DNA of 64,000 nucleotides, taken from contig JAGIQG010000040.1 of the NCBI GenBank assembly GCA_024679065.1, positions 3,286,001 through 3,350,000 on the forward strand, in the 5' to 3' direction. Positions 61,552 through 64,000 of this stretch are shown piece by piece. The stretch is from Sphyrna mokarran. Lineage: Eukaryota. Position 1 is the stretch's first letter. The number at the start of each line of letters is the position of its first letter. The position numbers were made by a program, and so were the translations under genes. The notes under the pieces were generated by a model. It worked only from the letters and a program-made list of their open reading frames with translations. It was not told the DNA's origin and did no database searches.

Positions 61552-62672
61552 GGTCTCAGTGCGCAGTAATACATCCCGGAGTCTGCCAGTTCTGTTTTAG
61601 ACACTTTCAGCGGGACGGTTTGGGTTAAATAATTGAGCTCCGCTGATAATCGGTCCCCTGGGAATCTTTTTGTGCTCTCCGTGTATTTACTTCTCGTCAG
61701 CAGATGCTCCATAAATCCATTGGGATACTGACAGTACCAGAATAGGTAATAATTATCAATACTTGTAGTGGGATAATTACAGAATAAGAGAACATCATCT
61801 CCTTCATTCACTGTGACTGCAGCGGGTTTCTGTGAAACGGAGTTTGCTCCACATTGTCCTGCAAAAGCCAAGAGTAATGCGAAATTAAACGATGTCAGTT
61901 CACTTTGTTTAACAGCCGGATTCGGCCCGTCACCCTGGCCAATAATTTGGAACAAAAAAATGAATCACAGGATCTAAACATAAATATATTTCGCGCAACA
62001 AGCAGTTTGTAACGGGAAGGTGTTTGTAGCAGTTAAATGAAACTCAGTTCAATGGACACATTCTGAAGAGATCAGATCATCGTCTTCGTTTCACGTTAGT
62101 TGATAAAGAAATAAAACTGCCCGTGGGTTTAAAGATCTCAGGTTTGACAAAGCTTTTATCCAGATTTCATCCTGTTTGTCAAAACCCCTCACTGGCTCCA
62201 GCGGGGCCTCACTCTTATCAACCTGAAGTATTTTGCTTGCTCCCTTGCTGAGGACAAGGTGGAGTCTAATTCATATTAGAATATTTTATTTTATATTTTA
62301 ATAAATATATATTACCAATTTATATATATTTTACCAATTTGTTAATTGCTCAACTGAATGCAGTGAATGCTAAATATATGAAATGATGTAGAGATGCCGG
62401 AGTTGGACTGGGGTAAACTCAGTAAAGTTTTACAACACCAATTTTAAATCCAACCAATTTATTTGATAGTAAATCAACACAACACTGCATTTGCCTGACG
62501 AAGGCGCATAGCGTCGAAAGCTCGCTGATTTACTATCAAATAAATTGGTTGGATTTAAAATTCGTGTTGTAAAACTTTACTAAATATATGAAACACAGGG
62601 TTTGTAACTTGTGAACCTACGTGTTAATAGAGCTGCCGCGGTGAGGGTTAAGCATAGAGTCAGAGGAGACAT
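61552..62672 (-). CDS. TCR alpha/delta V segment V7, open; leader 62672-62621, 762-bp intron, V exon 61858-61552
   Basis: MSPLTLCLTLTAAALLT with GTAGGT donor and TTTGCAG acceptor. NSVSQKP...VLLFCNY...LFWYCQ...DRLS...ADSGMYYCALRP. Confidence 0.88.
62384..62579 (+). mobile_element. Penelope-derived mini-element: 56-bp inverted arms around a hammerhead-like core, 14-bp TSD
   Basis: Arms 62421-62476 and 62526-62581 (1 mismatch). Core CTGACGA-A-GGCGC-ATA-GCGTC-GAAA-GCTC. TSD CTAAATATATGAAA at 62370-62383 and 62580-62593. Confidence 0.85.
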
Positions 62673-64000
62673 GTTTGCAGAGAGTTCGAGGCGGATGTGA
62701 GCAGAGAGGATTGAAGCTGAAATTTTAATTGTCAAGAGCTGGTAAGGAGTTGAGTTACATCCGAGCCGTTGTTGATTGGTTCACTGCTGACAGCGTCATT
62801 CATTGACATCCAAGCTTAAAAGTTCCATTGTCTTCAAATGACCCAATCAGCGCACGGCTCCTTTGGCTGTCAGCGCCGGGAGAAAGATACTAACTGGGTT
62901 TGTTTACCTCTTGGGGACCAGGACGAGGATGAAATCTAAACTTGTCCATTTAACTGCTTCAACTGTGAGGCGGAGAGAGAGCAGGAAATCAGTCAATTTT
63001 ATTAAATTTTTAACTGTTTTCTACCTTTTATTCCTTTATTGTCTTTCTTATCCGCCCCCACTCTTTCCCCTTTTCTTACTTTTTCTCCCCCTTTGCTTCC
63101 TTTCCTTCCGCTTCCTCAATTTTTCCTCTTGCCCCTCTTATCTTCATCTGTCACAGCTTACCCTTGATTTCAGCTTCGCTGCCGTTTGGTCATTCACACC
63201 TACTATTATCTCTATGGACTGCCATTGGCAGCCTTTCCCTTTGTTTTGTGTGGCTATGGCTCATCTTTCATTCCCTCACCCTGCATTATAAGTATCTCAC
63301 ACTTTTTGTGCAGTTTAGCTTTGACAAAGGATCAGCCTGACCCGAAACGTCTCTTTTTGTCTTCTCACAGGTACTGCCAGACCAGCTGAGTGTTTTTAGC
63401 ATTTTATCTTTTGGTTTCAGATTCCAGCATTGCATTAATTTGCTTTACTTTTTAGATTAGTTAATGTTGTTCCTGGATCATAGCAGGAGCCCAAATTAAA
63501 AGAACTGATCTCTGACTGTGAAAACTCTTCGTAGCTGATGCAACAGGCCACTGAGTCCTGAGAGAATTGAATACAACGAAGTGATAAATAGTCAAACACC
63601 GTGTTTTAAATGAAAGGCTAGAATTGGCTATTTAATAGATTTATGCAGAATAAGAGTGTGTGGACTCCTCATGTAGACCCTGACCTTAGGATCTTGATCA
63701 CTTGCAATATTCGCAGCATACTTATTCAAAAAATCGTGTTCACAGTGAAGGATTAGTTCGTCCACATAGGCTTCACATCTGAGGAAGTACTTGCACCAGT
63801 GTTCAATTGTTTACGAGCACTGTGAGAATTGGACGCAGAACTAAGCGAAGTTTTGCTCAGTTGCAGCCCAGAGTTGGTTAACATAATGATTATTTTTCTA
63901 ATGTTGGGTTGCGCAAATTGCTTGATCATCAATCAGTTGGGTATTTTGTCAGAATTAACTGGCTGTGCTTCATGTTAAACCCAGTGACAACTATTTCTCC

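Noticed and set aside
23006-62672. IgH-like (TAILV) or NAR-TCR V segments, J or C exons
   Set aside because: No VH-type WVRQ/YYCAR framework, no leaderless supporting Vdelta, no FGxG J with a 12-RSS and no C domain were seen. Alpha versus delta usage cannot be assigned from this window.

Overview
Eukaryotic genomic DNA, almost certainly from a shark or other elasmobranch. This is inferred from the tRNA-derived HE1-type SINEs, CR1 LINEs with (TTCTATG)n tails and Penelope-derived repeats. Left third (1-16 kb): tandem minus-strand C2H2 zinc-finger genes, with one 10-finger ORF, non-coding 5' exons and CpG/NF-Y/Sp1/NRF1-type promoters, buried in LINEs and SINEs. From 23 kb rightwards: part of a T-cell receptor alpha/delta V cluster with 7 V segments (5 open, 2 pseudogenes), each with a 22-24 bp-spacer RSS, in strictly alternating orientation. 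A 23-kb V-free interval holds a 2-exon GPR139-like GPCR, intact tRNA-Lys(CTT) and tRNA-Thr(TGT) genes and several tRNA relics. Main highlights: (i) an identical CTCF-type 14-mer plus upstream module exactly 25 bp 3' of the RSS nonamer of two divergent V genes, within a CTCF-motif orientation pattern that brackets the non-TCR insert; (ii) an intronless leader-V gene with a perfect RSS; (iii) a hammerhead-bearing, inverted-repeat Penelope mini-insertion with a 14-bp TSD and a visible empty paralogous site; (iv) a CR1 whose 3' UTR appears to have captured a SINE. All calls are by eye. No searches were run and repeat boundaries are approximate.
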